Part shown: one piece after another, positions 13,600 through 32,539 of the stretch | Numbering within the stretch: the stretch's first letter is position 1 | How the letters are laid out: the number at the start of each line of letters is the position of its first letter | NCBI RefSeq assembly: GCF_009914755.1 | Contig: NC_060929.1 | DNA: 64,000 nt | Reading direction: 5' to 3' (one strand) | Source: the human T2T-CHM13v2.0 reference genome, Homo sapiens | Position numbers and translations under genes: made by a program | Notes under the pieces: generated by a model | Databases searched by the model: none | What the model was told of the DNA's origin: nothing | Seen by the model: only the letters and a program-made list of their open reading frames with translations

Positions 13600-14616
13600 A
13601 TGGGGAAAAAACAGAACAGAAAAACTGGAAACTCTAAAACGCAGAGCGCCTCTCCTCCTCCAAAGGAATGCAGTTCCTCACCAGCAACAGAACAAAGCTG
13701 GATGGAGAATGATTTTGACGAGCTGAGAGAAGAAGGCTTCAGACGATCAAATTACTCTGAGCTACGGGAGGACATTCAAACCAAAGGCAAAGAAGTTGAA
13801 AACTTTGAAAAAAATTTAGAAGAATGTATAACTAGAATAACCAATACAGAGAAGTGCTTAAAGGAGCTGATGGAGCTGAAAACCAAGGCTCGAGAACTAC
13901 GTGAAGAATGCAGAAGCCTCAGGAGCTGATGCGATCAACTGGAAGAAAGGGTATCAGCAATGGAAGATGAAATGAATGAAATGAAGCGAGAAGGGAAGTT
14001 TAGAGAAAAAAGAATAAAAAGAAATGAGCAAAGCCTCCAAGAAATATGGGACTATGTGAAAAGACCAAATCTACGTCTGATTGGTGTACCTGAAAGTGAT
14101 GTGGAGAATGGAACCAAGTTGGAAAACACTCTGCAGGATATTATCCAGGAGAACTTCCCCAATCTAGCAAGGCAGGCCAACGTTCAGATTCAGGAAATAC
14201 AGAGAACGCCACAAAGATACTCCTCGAGAAGAGCAACTCCAAGACACATAATTGTCAGATTCACCAAAGTTGAAATGAAGGAAAAAATGTTAAGGGCAGC
14301 CAGAGAGAACGGTCGGGTTACCCTCAAAGGAAAGCCCATCAGACTAACAGCGGATCTCTCGGCAGAAACCCTACAAGCCAGAAGAGAGTGGGGGCCAATA
14401 TTCAACATTCTTAAAGAAAAGAATTTTCAACCCAGAATTTCATATCCAGCCAAACTAAGCTTCATAAGTGAAGGAGAAATAAAATACTTTATAGACAAGC
14501 AAATGCTAAGAGATTTTGTCACCACCAGGCCTGCCCTAAAAGAGCTCCTGAAGCAAGCGCTAAACATGGAAAGGAACAACCGGTACCAGCTGCTGCAAAA
14601 TCATGCCAAAATGTAA
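13600..14616 (+). pseudogene. L1 ORF1 (RNA-binding chaperone), disrupted by a nonsense codon
   Basis: MGKKQNRKTGNSK...NHAKM. An in-frame TGA at 13927-13929 (CGA>TGA) splits it into 109-aa and 218-aa ORFs. Confidence 0.95.
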
Positions 14617-14655
14617 AGACCATCGAGACTAGGAAGAAACTGCATCAACCAATGA

Positions 14656-18506
<3,851 letters not shown>

Positions 18507-19014
18507 ACAATGAGATCACATGGACACAGGAAGGGGAATATCACACTCTGGGGACTGTGGTGGGGTCGGGGGAGGGGGGAGGGATAGCATTGGGAGATAT
18601 ACCTAAGGCTAGATGACGAGTTAGTGGGTGCAGCGCAGCAGCATGGCACATGTATACATATGTAACTAACCTGCACAATGTGCACATGTACCCTAAAACT
18701 TAGAGTATAATAAAAAAAAAAAATTAAAAAAAAAAAAAAAGAAAATACATTGTTAACACTTCTTTTTTTCTCCTATTCAAGAACAGTGGGAAGTGAAGCA
18801 GACTGGGGGGGAAAAATTATGCTCCTTACAAAACATACAGCTCTGGTCATCCTTCCATCTACTAAATTAACAATGAGCACATACAAGGATTCAAAAATCA
18901 GGAAAGCAAATGTTTTAAAGTGTTGGCTATAAATAAAGGCAATTACAATTATCGATAGAGTTATTTTTTTATTCCACATTTCCCACCTATAAAAGTGGAA
19001 GGTAGATTAAGACA

Positions 19015-19225
19015 AGTAGTTAAGAGCACAGGCACTGGAGCAGGACATATCTGAGACAGAGCCAGACCTGCTGATTACCAGCTGTGACAGCCCTTGAGCA
19101 AGTTGCTTAAACTGATCAGAAACACAATTTCCTCCTCTATAAAATGGGGTTGCTGAGAAGATAAAATTTATACCATATATGCACAGTGTCTGACATATAA
19201 CAAGAATGTTATCAATAATATCATC
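19015..19225 (+). mobile_element. MIR
   Basis: agttaagagcacaggc..ctggag...gagcaagttgcttaa...tttcctcctctataaaatgggg core. Confidence 0.75.
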
Positions 19226-19897
19226 AACACTATAATTAGTTTGCATGAAAGCTTAAAATGCATATATATTTTTAAGGCAGGTCACTGTGGTAAGGGCACA
19301 CACGATGAGGATACAACAAAACTTGGTAAACTGAAGCCAGACTTTTTGTTTCAACCTTCAAAGATTCATTTAGTCTGGATCTCTCTCTCTCTTCTCAGCT
19401 AGGAGAAAACATTCTGTAAGCCTTACAATGCAAAGTTAAGTTCATAATTAATTCAGTAAAGTAAGATTACCTTCAGCGGGGAAAAACGTGAAAAACTGCG
19501 TATCGACATTATTTCCTTCTCAATTTCTATAATAAGCAGTAAATACAGAGAAAACAATAAAAACAAAAATAATTTAAGTAAATTTCAATATTTTTAGGAG
19601 AGTGAAAGTTATAACTGAAATCCTTGCAGCCTTACTGGGAATAATAAAACCCGTAGATAAACAAGGATACAGCTAAAAGTTTTTCACCTGGATCAAGTGT
19701 GTTATGCATTACAGTGTATTGCAGTAATGTTCTTAAAGAACTTCAAAGATCTTAAAACCGAAGTTTTGTAATGTAGTCTTTAAACTGTATTTAATCAAAG
19801 AATATTACATGCAGCATTATATGACAAACAATATAATATCTCTTCTTCTTTCCTAATTTCCCTAATTTCCACTCAAGTAACAGAAGACCTCTCTTGA

Positions 19898-20244
<347 letters not shown>

Positions 20245-20981
20245 CATTGTAGTACTTTTAAAAGATTACCTCACACAATGGACTGGGGGGAAATAATTTA
20301 TTGATTTATTGTTGGCGTATGCCCTAAGAGTTATTAAATAAACATCAGAAATAATTATTTCTAAATATATAGTTAAATTAAATATTTATCTTATAATAGT
20401 AACATTGTTCTACTTCTATTTCTATGTTTGCCTTTATGGATTTAGTGGAAGGTCAAATATTTATAAGACCAACCTTAGAGATTATAAAACAAGTGATTAA
20501 AAGAGGATAATTTTATAGGTGGTGTTTCTGAGAATCCTGTATTGCTTATACATGATCTTGTTTAACATAGGCAAAGAAATAGAGCCTTTAAAAACATGTC
20601 TCATGGCAAGCCTTGTGCTAGGTAGGTCCCATATCTTAGTGTCTAGGACAAGTGTGTATTATTTTCCATACATTTACAATGTCTATTCTATCATTCTAAA
20701 GATCAGTAAATCTTCAATTTTAAAAAAGCCCTACTCATCAGGAGAGTTTCATAATTAAGTCTATAATAATCTAGGATATGTTATGAAATTTACATGATAA
20801 AATTAATTAAAAATTAAATACAAATTTAGTTTTAGTGCTATGATATTCAAGTTTTAACACATGCCCCATCTATTTTATTAAGCATATGTATGTTCCTCCT
20901 TCTAAGAATCACAGGTAGGAAAGACATTTCAAAATTTTATCATTTTTAGAAAATTCGATCACATTTTGCCTATTTGTAAAA

Positions 20982-21212
20982 CAAGGTTGAGTATCCCTTA
21001 TCTGAAATTCTTGGGACCAGAAGTGCTTCAGATTTAAATTTTTTTTGATTTTGAAATATTTTCATTATACTTATACTTAGTGGTTGAGCATCCCAAATCT
21101 GAAAATCCAAATTCTAAAAGGCTCTAATAAGCATTTCCTTTGAGTTTCATGTTGGCACTCAAAAGTTTTAGATTTTGGATCTCAGGTTTTCAGACTAGGG
21201 ATGCTCAACCTA
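20982..21212. mobile_element. Tigger4/MER46-type DNA transposon (TcMar)
   Basis: Terminal inverted repeats aggttgagtatccct ... agggatgctcaacct, with internal ttgggaccagaagtg. Confidence 0.8.
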
Positions 21213-21595
21213 TATAGTGACTGGTATAATACCATCCTAATATTTGAGAACAATTGGCCATATCATGACATCAACAACAAAGGCTGTAGTAAGACCAAAA
21301 TATATGATTTTAGTCCACATTCTGCAATTAATCCATGCTTGGTTTTGTGAGCTAGTAGACAAATCACTTAACTATAATGTTATAGCCTTATTTAGAAAAT
21401 AATGAGGCTAAAACCAGAAGACTTCTATAAACCTTCATGAATAAAAAATTTAAAAACTATTTTCTTCCAGTAATATTTCAAATATGCATTAAATACCACG
21501 TCTATATAATATGCTGCCATACACTGCCCAAGAAAATAAAAAGGTATGTAATCCATGGCACAAATGTGACTATTGGTCCAAAACTAGTGATGAAT

Positions 21596-21647
21596 TCAAA
21601 ATTGCTCACTTGCTCAAAATTGCTCACTTGCTCAAAATTGCTCACTT
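21596..21647. repeat. 18-bp tandem repeat x2.9
   Basis: TCAAAATTGCTCACTTGC, perfect copies. Confidence 0.95.
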
Positions 21648-22889
21648 CACCTATATATGCTACATAACTTGATGTAAGGTTATATAGTATATATAAAAAT
21701 TTCACTAATATTTTTAACAAATGCTTTTGGCTGATATTATGACAATGTGATAATTAGTATACAAAAATGTAGACTTATCTCCTAGAGGAAGAAGTAGGAC
21801 TTTTAGTTTAGGTAAGTTTCATAGCAATACTTGATTTGTGCTTGGGTCGAGGGATTTTTCTGATGTACTTTAGTAAGCTATTCTGATGATCCACTGTACT
21901 TGTTCCTTTATCTCCAAGAGGGCCAAGCTCAGAAAATTTTGAACCTCTAAAGATGCAGACTTTGCCCCTCTACAACCTGAGATGCTGGTGACTAAGGAGC
22001 TTCTCAGTTCCTCTAATCCTACAACTATTAAACATGAAAGCAAATATTATCCTTGAAATGTAATGGGTTCATCATCATGAATAATACTTTAGAGTTTTAT
22101 ACACTCTTTATTCCCAAGCAGAAACAAGTGAAAATTTTATATTTTACAAATGAAGACACAGACTGAATACAGAGAAGCAAAACTTACAAAGTATTGAAGT
22201 CTTTGATCTCATATCATTTATTATTATTAAAATCTTCCCCTCATAAATCAAGAGAAAATACGGCATTCCCAAGTTGAAGATTCTCAACCAAACACTGTAT
22301 CTCCCTCTATTCCTGAGAATGTAAGTTGAAATGACTTAGGTAGCTTGTTAATATCTCAAGGGAACACAGAAAGCAAAATGGTTGTCAGAGAAGTCTACAA
22401 GGGTGAATAAACATGCCAGATGTGTCCCAGAAGATGGAATGCTAACATAATTATACAACTTATGCCACTGGCCAGATCTAGGACTACCCGACAACAAAAA
22501 TTTTTTAAAAGACAGAACAAAACAATAAAACGCCATGGAAAACATTTTTTCTGAGGAACAAGCCACGTTGTTATAAGCTCAAGTCTTAATAACTAAGGAA
22601 GTCATTTGTCTTTGTCCCAAAAATATATCAATGAATGTTAGTTACTGACAATCTCTGTTTAAGAAAACTATCCTATCCATTCATAAGACCAAAAACAGTT
22701 TCACATGAAATGTGTATGTACCTGTTCTTCATCTTAGAACTTCCCCATATGTATAACTTGTATTAATATTATTCCCTAGCATTACTTAATACCTTTAAAA
22801 ATGAAAGCATTAAATTTTGCTTCACTTTTATAAAATTCTCACAATACTCCTGGATTAGAAATCAATTTCTATTTTAAAATATAATGAAG

Positions 22890-23065
22890 ATAGTTACCAT
22901 TATTGAGTAAGTACTATACAAGCATCATATACGAAGTATCACATATTCAACATCTAATCCTTCTAATTATTATCCCCACTTTGTAGATGAAGGAACTGAA
23001 GCTTAGGTTAAATTAGATTAAATAATTTGCCTAAAGTCACACAGTGGCAGAGCTGGGCTTGAGCC
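22890..23065 (-). mobile_element. MIR
   Basis: attattatccccactttgtagatgaaggaactgaagcttag..aataatttgcctaaagtcacacag. Confidence 0.75.
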
Positions 23066-24385
23066 TTTTAATTATTACGTTATTTTGTTTCTAACGTGAG
23101 TGTGGTTTTAAGAGTTCTTAATGCAAGACTCCTTATTCTGATTATGGGCAGGTTTCTACAGTTCCAGCAGTCTGAGCAGCATCAGCTATTATAAGAGTGG
23201 GATGGATATCTGTACCAGATAAGACAGCAAGCACATTGTTAGCCTACCTTTGACCCCATGCACCAACTCATTTCCTGAATATCCTATGGCAACCACCCCC
23301 TCACCCTACATGCAGCTGCCAGGGATCCGTGGATGCCTCAATATAGACATGACTCAGAAGAGAAAACTTTTGAGTCCCATTTATATACACTGCCTGGAAT
23401 TAGCCACTCACAATGCTCAAATGGGAAATGTAATTAATGACTTATTAATAGTGGGACACTGAATTGAGCTCTGTGATTAAGAAATATGTGTTACTGAGAT
23501 GAGCACTGGTTACAATTCAGGAACTTGAATTCTAACTCTAAATTTGACCTTGGGCAAATAGTTTTTTGATTTATGTAAAAAGAGAAAATAAATGTTATGT
23601 ATTTTACAGTGTTTTATACAGAGACAAAGAGATGACATACGCAAAAGTAATTTTAAAAGAAGCTTAAAGGTACTAAAAATATTATAGAAAAAGTCTCATA
23701 TAGCTAGTATAGCGAAATAAAAAGTTTTCTAATTAACTTGAGTAACATTTGCCTCATTTTTCTTTCGAGTCCTTTACATTTAATGAAGATTCCCTCCGTT
23801 TTTTACAATGTTCTCTCCCCACCAAATTTTCCTCTGTATTCCACATGCCTTTCCTCTTCTCCCATGCTGAATTTTAGTTTTGTTCTCTATGGCCTATGTT
23901 TTTTGCCTTCTCTCTTGCTAACACTTTTTCTCCCTTCTCACTCTTATCAGCCTCCTCCTTCTAGCCCCGTTGTCACCTACACTGTCTTATACGATGCTTA
24001 GTTTAACCCAACTCAAATAGTTATTATACCTTGCCTGTTATAGGAAAGACATACCAGATGAGTAAAAACCAGTAAGCCAATTATAAATATTATACCATTC
24101 TAGTGAGCTAACTAATGCCATTGCACTTGTTTTCCTGTGGGTATTTGGTTATTCTTAGCTATACCTGATATTATTCATTAGGTTCTAAAATAATTAGAGT
24201 GCTAGCATACTACAAGATTGGACTTTCCACCACCAGGTGAAAGAAACAGAATTCTTAGAATAATCTTATATTTTATTTTCTCTACAATGTTATATATATT
24301 TGATTTCAGGATATAAATACAGGGGACCAAAGTCACTTTAAAAGGTGCTCTATATTTTTATTTTGTTAAATAAAAATGAGGTATA

Positions 24386-24684
24386 GGCTGGTTGTGGTGG
24401 CTCATGCCTGTAATCCCAGCACTTTGGCAGGCAGAAGCAGAGGCGAGTGAGTCTCGATCCCAGGAGTTTGAGACCAGCCTGGGCAACAACAGCAAAACCT
24501 CATCGCTACAAAAAAATATGAAAAAGTAGCTGGGCATGGTGATATGCTCCTTTAGTCCCAGCTACTCAGGAGGCTTAGGTGGGAGGATCACTTAAGCCCG
24601 GGAGATGGAGGCTGCAGCGAGCTATGATTGTGCCACTGCACTCCAGCCTGGGTGACCCTGTCTCAAAAAAAGAAAAAAAAAAAA
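24386..24684 (+). mobile_element. AluJ
   Basis: Diverged dimer (gggaggatcacttaagcccgggag, gagctatgattgtgcc) with A tail. Confidence 0.88.
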
Positions 24685-24686
24685 GG

Positions 24687-25039
24687 TGTACTTGTCTGCT
24701 CTCAAGCTGCTAATAAAGACATACCTGAGACTGGGTAATTTATAAAGGAATGAGGTTTAACTGACTCACAGTTCAGCATGGCTGGGGAGGCCTCAGGAAG
24801 CTTAGAATCCATGGCAGATTCACATGGCGACAGCATGGAGAAGAATGAAAGCTGAGCGAAGGGGGAAGCCCCTTATAAAACCACCAGATTGTGTGAGAAC
24901 TTACTATTTCTAGAATAGCATGGGGGAATCGCCCTCATGATTCAATTACCTCTCACCAAGTCCCTCCCACCACACGTGGGGATTATGGGAACTACAATTC
25001 AAGATGAGATTTGAGTGGGGACACAGCCAAACTATATCA
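24687..25039 (-). mobile_element. THE1/MST MaLR solo LTR
   Basis: gctaataaagacatacctgagactgggtaatttataaagg ... gagatttgagtggggacacagccaaactatatca. Confidence 0.9.
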
Positions 25040-25417
25040 AGAGATATGAGAGTTATAAAAGGCATCATATCAAGAGCTATAGTTTCTGCAATTAAAACTT
25101 TAAATAGAAAGTTTTTAAAAGCCTATGTTTTAAAATTGCACAAGTAAAAAAACACATTAACATCAGAAGAAAGAAGCTTATTGGCATTTTTATTTCTGGA
25201 ACTAATGTAAGAGTTGGGAATGTTTAACAAAAAGTACAAACAAGAAGCAAGTTTTCAGAGGGGATTTGATTCAGGTAAATGTATTATAAACTGGGATGCT
25301 GAGTATGGGGTAAATAAACTAAAAAGGAAAAGAAAAAGTGATTAGGGAAATCACATTAGAAACAAGGGAAAAAAGCTCCAGAAAGTCAATCACACAAATT
25401 TCTCTATCCTATATTAA

Positions 25418-25916
<499 letters not shown>

Positions 25917-26289
25917 TGATGCCAACTGAGTGTCTAAAGGCACAAATCTGATCACATCAGGGACCTGGTTTAAAATCTTTGGGATATAGTCCCAAATCCT
26001 TAATGTAAGCAGGACTTCATAATCTGTCCCCTGCTTTTGTCTCTTTATATTTTATCACTTCCTAATACTGGACCTATAGATGAACTGGTCCATACCAAAT
26101 TACCTGTCATTACTTGAGTGTATGATCATCCCTTTTGAGATTTCACATTATTCCTTGCTCCAATTACCCTTCTCTCACTCAACTTTCAGCTCAGCTCAGA
26201 TTCACTTTCTCTATGATGCCTTTTCTAACTCTCCCAAGCTAAAGTGAGTATTGCTCCTGTGTTGCTATTATAACCAGTACATATTTCTT

Positions 26290-26528
26290 TTTTAAGTTTA
26301 TTTCCAGCTTTATAGAGGTATGGTTGACAAATAAAAATTGTATATATTTAAGATGTACAATGTGAAGTTTTGATATACATATACTTTGGAAAATGATTAC
26401 CAAAATCAAGCTAATTAACATATTCATCACCTCACATAGTACCTTTTGTGTGTCCGTGTGTGTGTCTGGTAAGAACATTTAAGATCTACTCTCTTAGCAA
26501 ATATCAAGTCTATAATACATTATTATTA
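26290..26528 (-). mobile_element. L1MA-type 3' end inserted in L2-like sequence
   Basis: ttgacaaataaaaattgtatatattt...aagatctactctcttagcaaat, flanked by the repeat aaccagtacata(t/c)ttct. Confidence 0.8.
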
Positions 26529-28333
26529 AACCAGTACATACTTCTGCTTTAATACTTTTAAATTGTTTATCTTTCCTGCTATTTATTCCCTTGAGGACAA
26601 CAAGTTTTGCACTCTGTAAATATTTGGTGAAAAGGCTTAAACAACAGAACAATTCTAATTTAAAATATTCTATTAAAAAATGGAAATGAGAAGAAGTCAT
26701 AAAATTAACAACTGGTCCATCCAGCAGGGACTCTTAGGTTGAGCAAATGAGCAAGCAGTAAGTTCCTGAAGAATGCATGTTATCCTAATCATGTAGACCT
26801 CAACAGCAGCAACAGCTTTCCTGGTCAACATAAAAAGGCAACAATTATTAGAGTCCTGAATCCCTAACCTAGGGCACAGATTATGAAGTCCAGGTTGAAA
26901 GAGTTAAGGATAAGAAGGTCAGGCATCTGCTGGATTTAAAGCCCATGGTAATGGCTAGCGAAACACAATAATCAGGGAAGCTTAAGATCTGGGCATTTTT
27001 CTGAAAGATGAGATCCATAGCTCTCATCAGTTCTCAGAGGACCCCATGACTTCAAAACTGTTAAGAATCATTGATTTATATAGATGAAGGAGGCATCTCA
27101 AAGAGTATGTCAGTAGCTTTAGGGGAAAAAATATAAAACATTAAAAAACTGTACCTATATATTTAGCATGTACTAGATTTAAACTGAACAAATATAATCT
27201 AAAAATATTTATGTGCCCATTACTTACTTATTTGGTATCTACAGCTGAGTAAAAATTAAGTTATTTAAAATACCAACGCCATGGAAGAAGGGATCCCCTG
27301 AATCTAAGAGCCACAGAAAAAGGAAAAAAATGGCACATTTAAAAGCTGCACCGTCTGACAGCTAAGGTTAAAAAAAAAAAAAAAGCTACAGAAGCAAAAA
27401 GCCAAAGTATTGAGTAAGTTATTACCAAACATCTACAGTGTAGGAATAAGTTAAATTCATGAGAAAGCATGTAAAAGAGAAAGAGGTGTAAGAAACAAAA
27501 TTAATGCTACAATAGAACACTCTTAAAATCGTCACTTTGTTAACCCACTGATCCAAGTCAGACTCCTAAAATGGTCTCTTATGCCATTTGTAGACTTCAC
27601 TGGAAACACACAAAATGAAAAGGTGTCAACAGGTGAGGACACTCAATTACATTTGGAAAAAAAATTAAGTATTGACAGGCTAGATCTGGATATCATAAAT
27701 ACTATATAAAAAGAAAATTTGAATTTTATACTATTTACAAAATGCCAGTCTTAAACCCCAGGAAAACAGCATAATGATGGTGCTTAACTGTAGTGAACCG
27801 TTGGAACAACTCTGAACCAAAAGACCGCACCTGTTCCTGCCCTACATATGTGAGACAAACAGGGGAAACCCACAACCACAACTGACCAAGTGCGGTTCCA
27901 CTCACCATAGGACTTCTAGTATGGCATGCTTTCAGGAGAAAGATTAAAAACATGATGGCATTAAATAACGTTCCAAGGAAACCACGTGCATGGCACTCAA
28001 AGAGAGCTTTTGTTTTTTCCTCTTAAAGATGCTAAGAGACGAGTGTAAACCGTACTGAGTAAGAAATTCTTTTAATAGAAGAAATGGAAAAAAAAAAAAA
28101 ACACCCCACCTAGCTTGTCCATGTAAATACATGGACTACCAATTGCTGCTGCAGAAAAGTCACATTCCTGGGCATACTGGCATCACAATGCATTCATAAG
28201 CTACAATATTAACTAGGATTTAAACACTGCCTGGCAATATTTTGTGTGTGCTCCTACTCAGTTCTTTCTCTGGGTCTACTTAGAATTATTTCAAACTTTT
28301 CTTTAAAGACTATCCTTCACTCTCTTAAAAATT

Positions 28334-28361
28334 CATCATCATCATCACCACCACCACCACC
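28334..28361. repeat. (CAT)n(CAC)n microsatellite
   Basis: catcatcatcatcaccaccaccaccacc. Confidence 0.85.
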
Positions 28362-29718
28362 CTCAGTACCCTCACATCCTATTTTGCAGAGGAAAAAGAA
28401 AAGCTATCAGAATAAGAACTAATTTTTTGAACCCTAGATCAATTTGACTCATCATCATTTTACAGATGGTAAAACTGAGACTGAAAACAACAAAACCTTG
28501 CTGAAATGATAAGTAGTGGAGCTGAGACACTGAATCCACATGTTTTCCTTTCTCCTTGCCTCACCCTGCAACTCCACACACACCATGATCATACTGTAGA
28601 AAATTGGGAAGATAGAGGGGAAACCTCTACTTACAAGTAATGGAAATATTTGCAGAAAGAAAATCTCATCTGTAATCCAACCATATTAAAACAAATTATT
28701 TTTTTTCTCTTAATACCCATTTATGCTACACTGTACATGCAACACTATGTCCTGCTTTGTTAAAATGTCTTACGCATTTCTTTTGTCATTATATAGTGTT
28801 CATCATTATTAAATGTGTAATAACAGCCCAAGAACAAATGTACTATAATTTTTACAACGCTTCCTTTTATTTGCACATTCCCTAAACTTTTCTTTCGTTT
28901 CTATTCTGTCTTCTATTCCAACCTCTCTTCCAGTCAAATGCAAAATACTCCATGGGAAATTCCTCATGCATTTAGACAGTTAGTGGCAGGCTTGAGGAAG
29001 ATACGATATTAGGGGTAAGGACCTTAATCTAGGTTCCAAAAATTGTTAAATTCAGAAGGAAAGCCCTATGCATATATTCCAGATTGGCAGGAGGCAGGGA
29101 CATATAAGGAACAGTATTTTATTAGGAATAGAAGAAATGAACTTCTTGACATCAAACCTACAAACATTCCTGCATCTCCTCTTGCCACAAGGGTAGAGAT
29201 GGTCCTCTCCCCTCTCACTTCCCAGCATTTGTGCTTTGGACCTCCTTCTCTCAGGCCTTGTATGGGGTTTTAAACCATTAAAATCTCCTCTCTCCCTGTA
29301 TCTTCAGACTCTGCCCCTCTACTGTCTCCTTCTCTTAAACACTAAACATGCTAATGTCTCTCCCATCTAAAATGAAAAACTTCTTTTTCTAACCTACACT
29401 ATTCCTCCAGGTATCATTTCTCATCATAGATGAACCATTTTAAAGAGTTGACTATATACCATTTCCCACTTCCTACCTTCACAGTCACTTCTGAATCTGA
29501 AACATTCTTGTTTCCTAGCCCATTACTCAGCTTTATAAGTCATTGATGGCCTTTCCCTAAATCCTAAAAGGACATATGCATTCTGATTACTTTACCTTGC
29601 AGTCACAGTTGTCACTACTGACCTTTCTTCTTCCTTCAGAAAACCCTCACTTATTCTTGTTTTCTATTATGCTACACTCTCCTGATTTTCCTCCTACCTT
29701 TTTAGCTGAGCCTCTGTC

Positions 29719-30074
<356 letters not shown>

Positions 30075-30156
30075 TAATATTGCAAGGTTTCTGTACAAGG
30101 CTCATTTCCCTCCCCACTCATGGGTAATACCATTCAACCATCTCTCTCTCTCTTTC

Positions 30157-30280
30157 TTTTTTTAGAGATGAGGTATCGCTATGTTTCTCAGGCTGGATTC
30201 AAACACCTGGGTTCAAGTGATCCTCCCACCTCAGCCTCCTGAGTAGCTGTTACTATAGACACGCACCACTGCACCCAGCT
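30157..30280 (-). mobile_element. FLAM (free left Alu monomer)
   Basis: tttagagatgagg...gatcctcccacctcagcctcctgagtagct...ccactgcacccagct, a monomer of about 125 bp. Confidence 0.75.
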
Positions 30281-30594
30281 TCATTTCCCTCTCCTTTAAA
30301 CATCAGACCCATGTAACCAGATGCCTGCTCAACATCTCCACTTGGATGGTATGTATTTCAGTTTCAGCACAGGGCCTTAACAGCTGAACTCTTCACCAAA
30401 TCCTACCATTTCTACTTCAAGCTTATATCCCTCAAATCCTTCTACTTCTCTTGCTCCGCAATGATTATACACTAGTTCAAGTAACCATTCTCTACTCCTT
30501 ACTGCACGAGCCTTCTAAGTGCTCCTCTATTTCTGGACTTATTCGTGTTCCATCCATTATCTATTCTATAGAACTAGAGTGACATGGCTAAGAT

Positions 30595-31185
30595 TGTAAA
30601 CCTAAAATAAAATTGTAAGGTCCCCCAACCATCTAAATGGACTTCCTCCTTGGCCAGGGCACTCTTAAGATTTAACCTGAAAGACTGGTTCAGGCCATGA
30701 CAGGAAGTGGGAGTGGGACTTGCCTCATTATATTCTCCAGTGTTAACATCAACACAGACTTTAAATCTGATAAGAAGCATTTACAAGCTATTCTCGCTGA
30801 AGCCTGCTACAGGCTTCATCTGCGTAATAAGAAATTTGCTTTCCATAATTGCTTATCTTAATCCAGACAGTTCTTTTCCATTGATCCCAGGTCTTCAGAT
30901 AAACTCAACCAATTGCCAATCAGAAAATTTTTAAATCTACTATAACCTGGAAGCCCCTGCTTTGAGTAGTCTTGTCTTTCTAGATTGAACCAATGTATTT
31001 CTTAAATGTATTTGATTGAAGTCTCGTGTCTCCCTAAGATGTACGAAATCAAGCTGCACCCTGACCACCTTGGGAACATGTTCTCAGGACCTCCCAAGGG
31101 CTGTGTCAAGGGCCACGGTCATTTATATTTGGCTCAGAATAAATCTTTTCAAATTTTTTACAGAGTTTTACTCTTTTCTTTGACA
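30595..31185 (+). mobile_element. MER4-family (ERV1) solo LTR
   Basis: TGTAAACC...TTTGACA termini, 4-bp TSD AGAT (30591-30594, 31186-31189) and AATAAA near the 3' end. Confidence 0.88.
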
Positions 31186-32134
31186 AGATGTAAATAAACA
31201 GTATTACTCTCCTGCTTAAAAACTGCATTGTATTCTCTTTATATTTCAATTCAAATTCACAGTTTACAAATTCAGCCTCATCCCTAATCACTCTATCACC
31301 TCAATTTCCAACATAATGAATTTCTTTCTTTTCTTCCCATGTGCTATACTCTCTCTGCCTTTCACCTCTAAGTCTCTGCACATGGTATGGTTGATCCAAA
31401 ACATCCCCCTTCTCTATCTCTCCATGCTTTTCTGGCCAACTCTTATATCTACTTAATGCCTTGGCTTAGATATCAGCTCTTCCAGGTGAAATGTATTTGG
31501 CATGTGCCTATATGGCACTCTGCATATCCCCTTCAAATACGTCTCTCTCACTGCTTACTTCGTTATTTGTTTTCCCTATAGACTGTTATCAACAAGAGGG
31601 TAGGGATGTGTGTGTGTTTTATTCACTGGTGTGTCCACAGTATCAAGCATAGTATCTGGCCCATACAAGACACTGAGTAAGTATTTGTTGAGAGAATGCA
31701 ATAAACCTTCTAGGTTTGCATGGAGAAACAGGCTCAAAGCCTATGAATAAATGAAACTTTAAAAGATACCACTACCATGTGGTAGAAATACAAAGAAATA
31801 TAAAGGTATGAACATAACTTCTTCGAGGCAAAAAAAAAAAAATCCATTTGATTAGTTCAGTATCTGTTGAGCACTGTATCAGGTCACTATTTCTCATGAA
31901 TATGCTTTTCCAGTACAAGAAAATGAAGATAAACTTATTTCACTAACTGCTTATTTGTAACTTATTCCCCCCTTGTTCTTGGGAGTTTTGAGTTTGATGA
32001 GTAGCTGTTATTTTGGAACAAGATTGACCTATTACATAAAAGATGCCAATCAGATTATTATCTCCCATTCCCAATCTCCCCAAGAGGAAAAGTGAGGGTT
32101 TGAAGAAGCTATAATGGCATGCCAACGCTTATAA

Positions 32135-32485
<351 letters not shown>

Positions 32486-32539
32486 TGAAAGCAATCTTAT
32501 AACTAGTTTGACAATCAGAGAGTCAAGGCTACCAAGCCC

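Noticed and set aside
18550-18584. G-rich tract with G-quadruplex potential
   Set aside because: It is a standard part of every L1PA 3'UTR and not specific to this locus.
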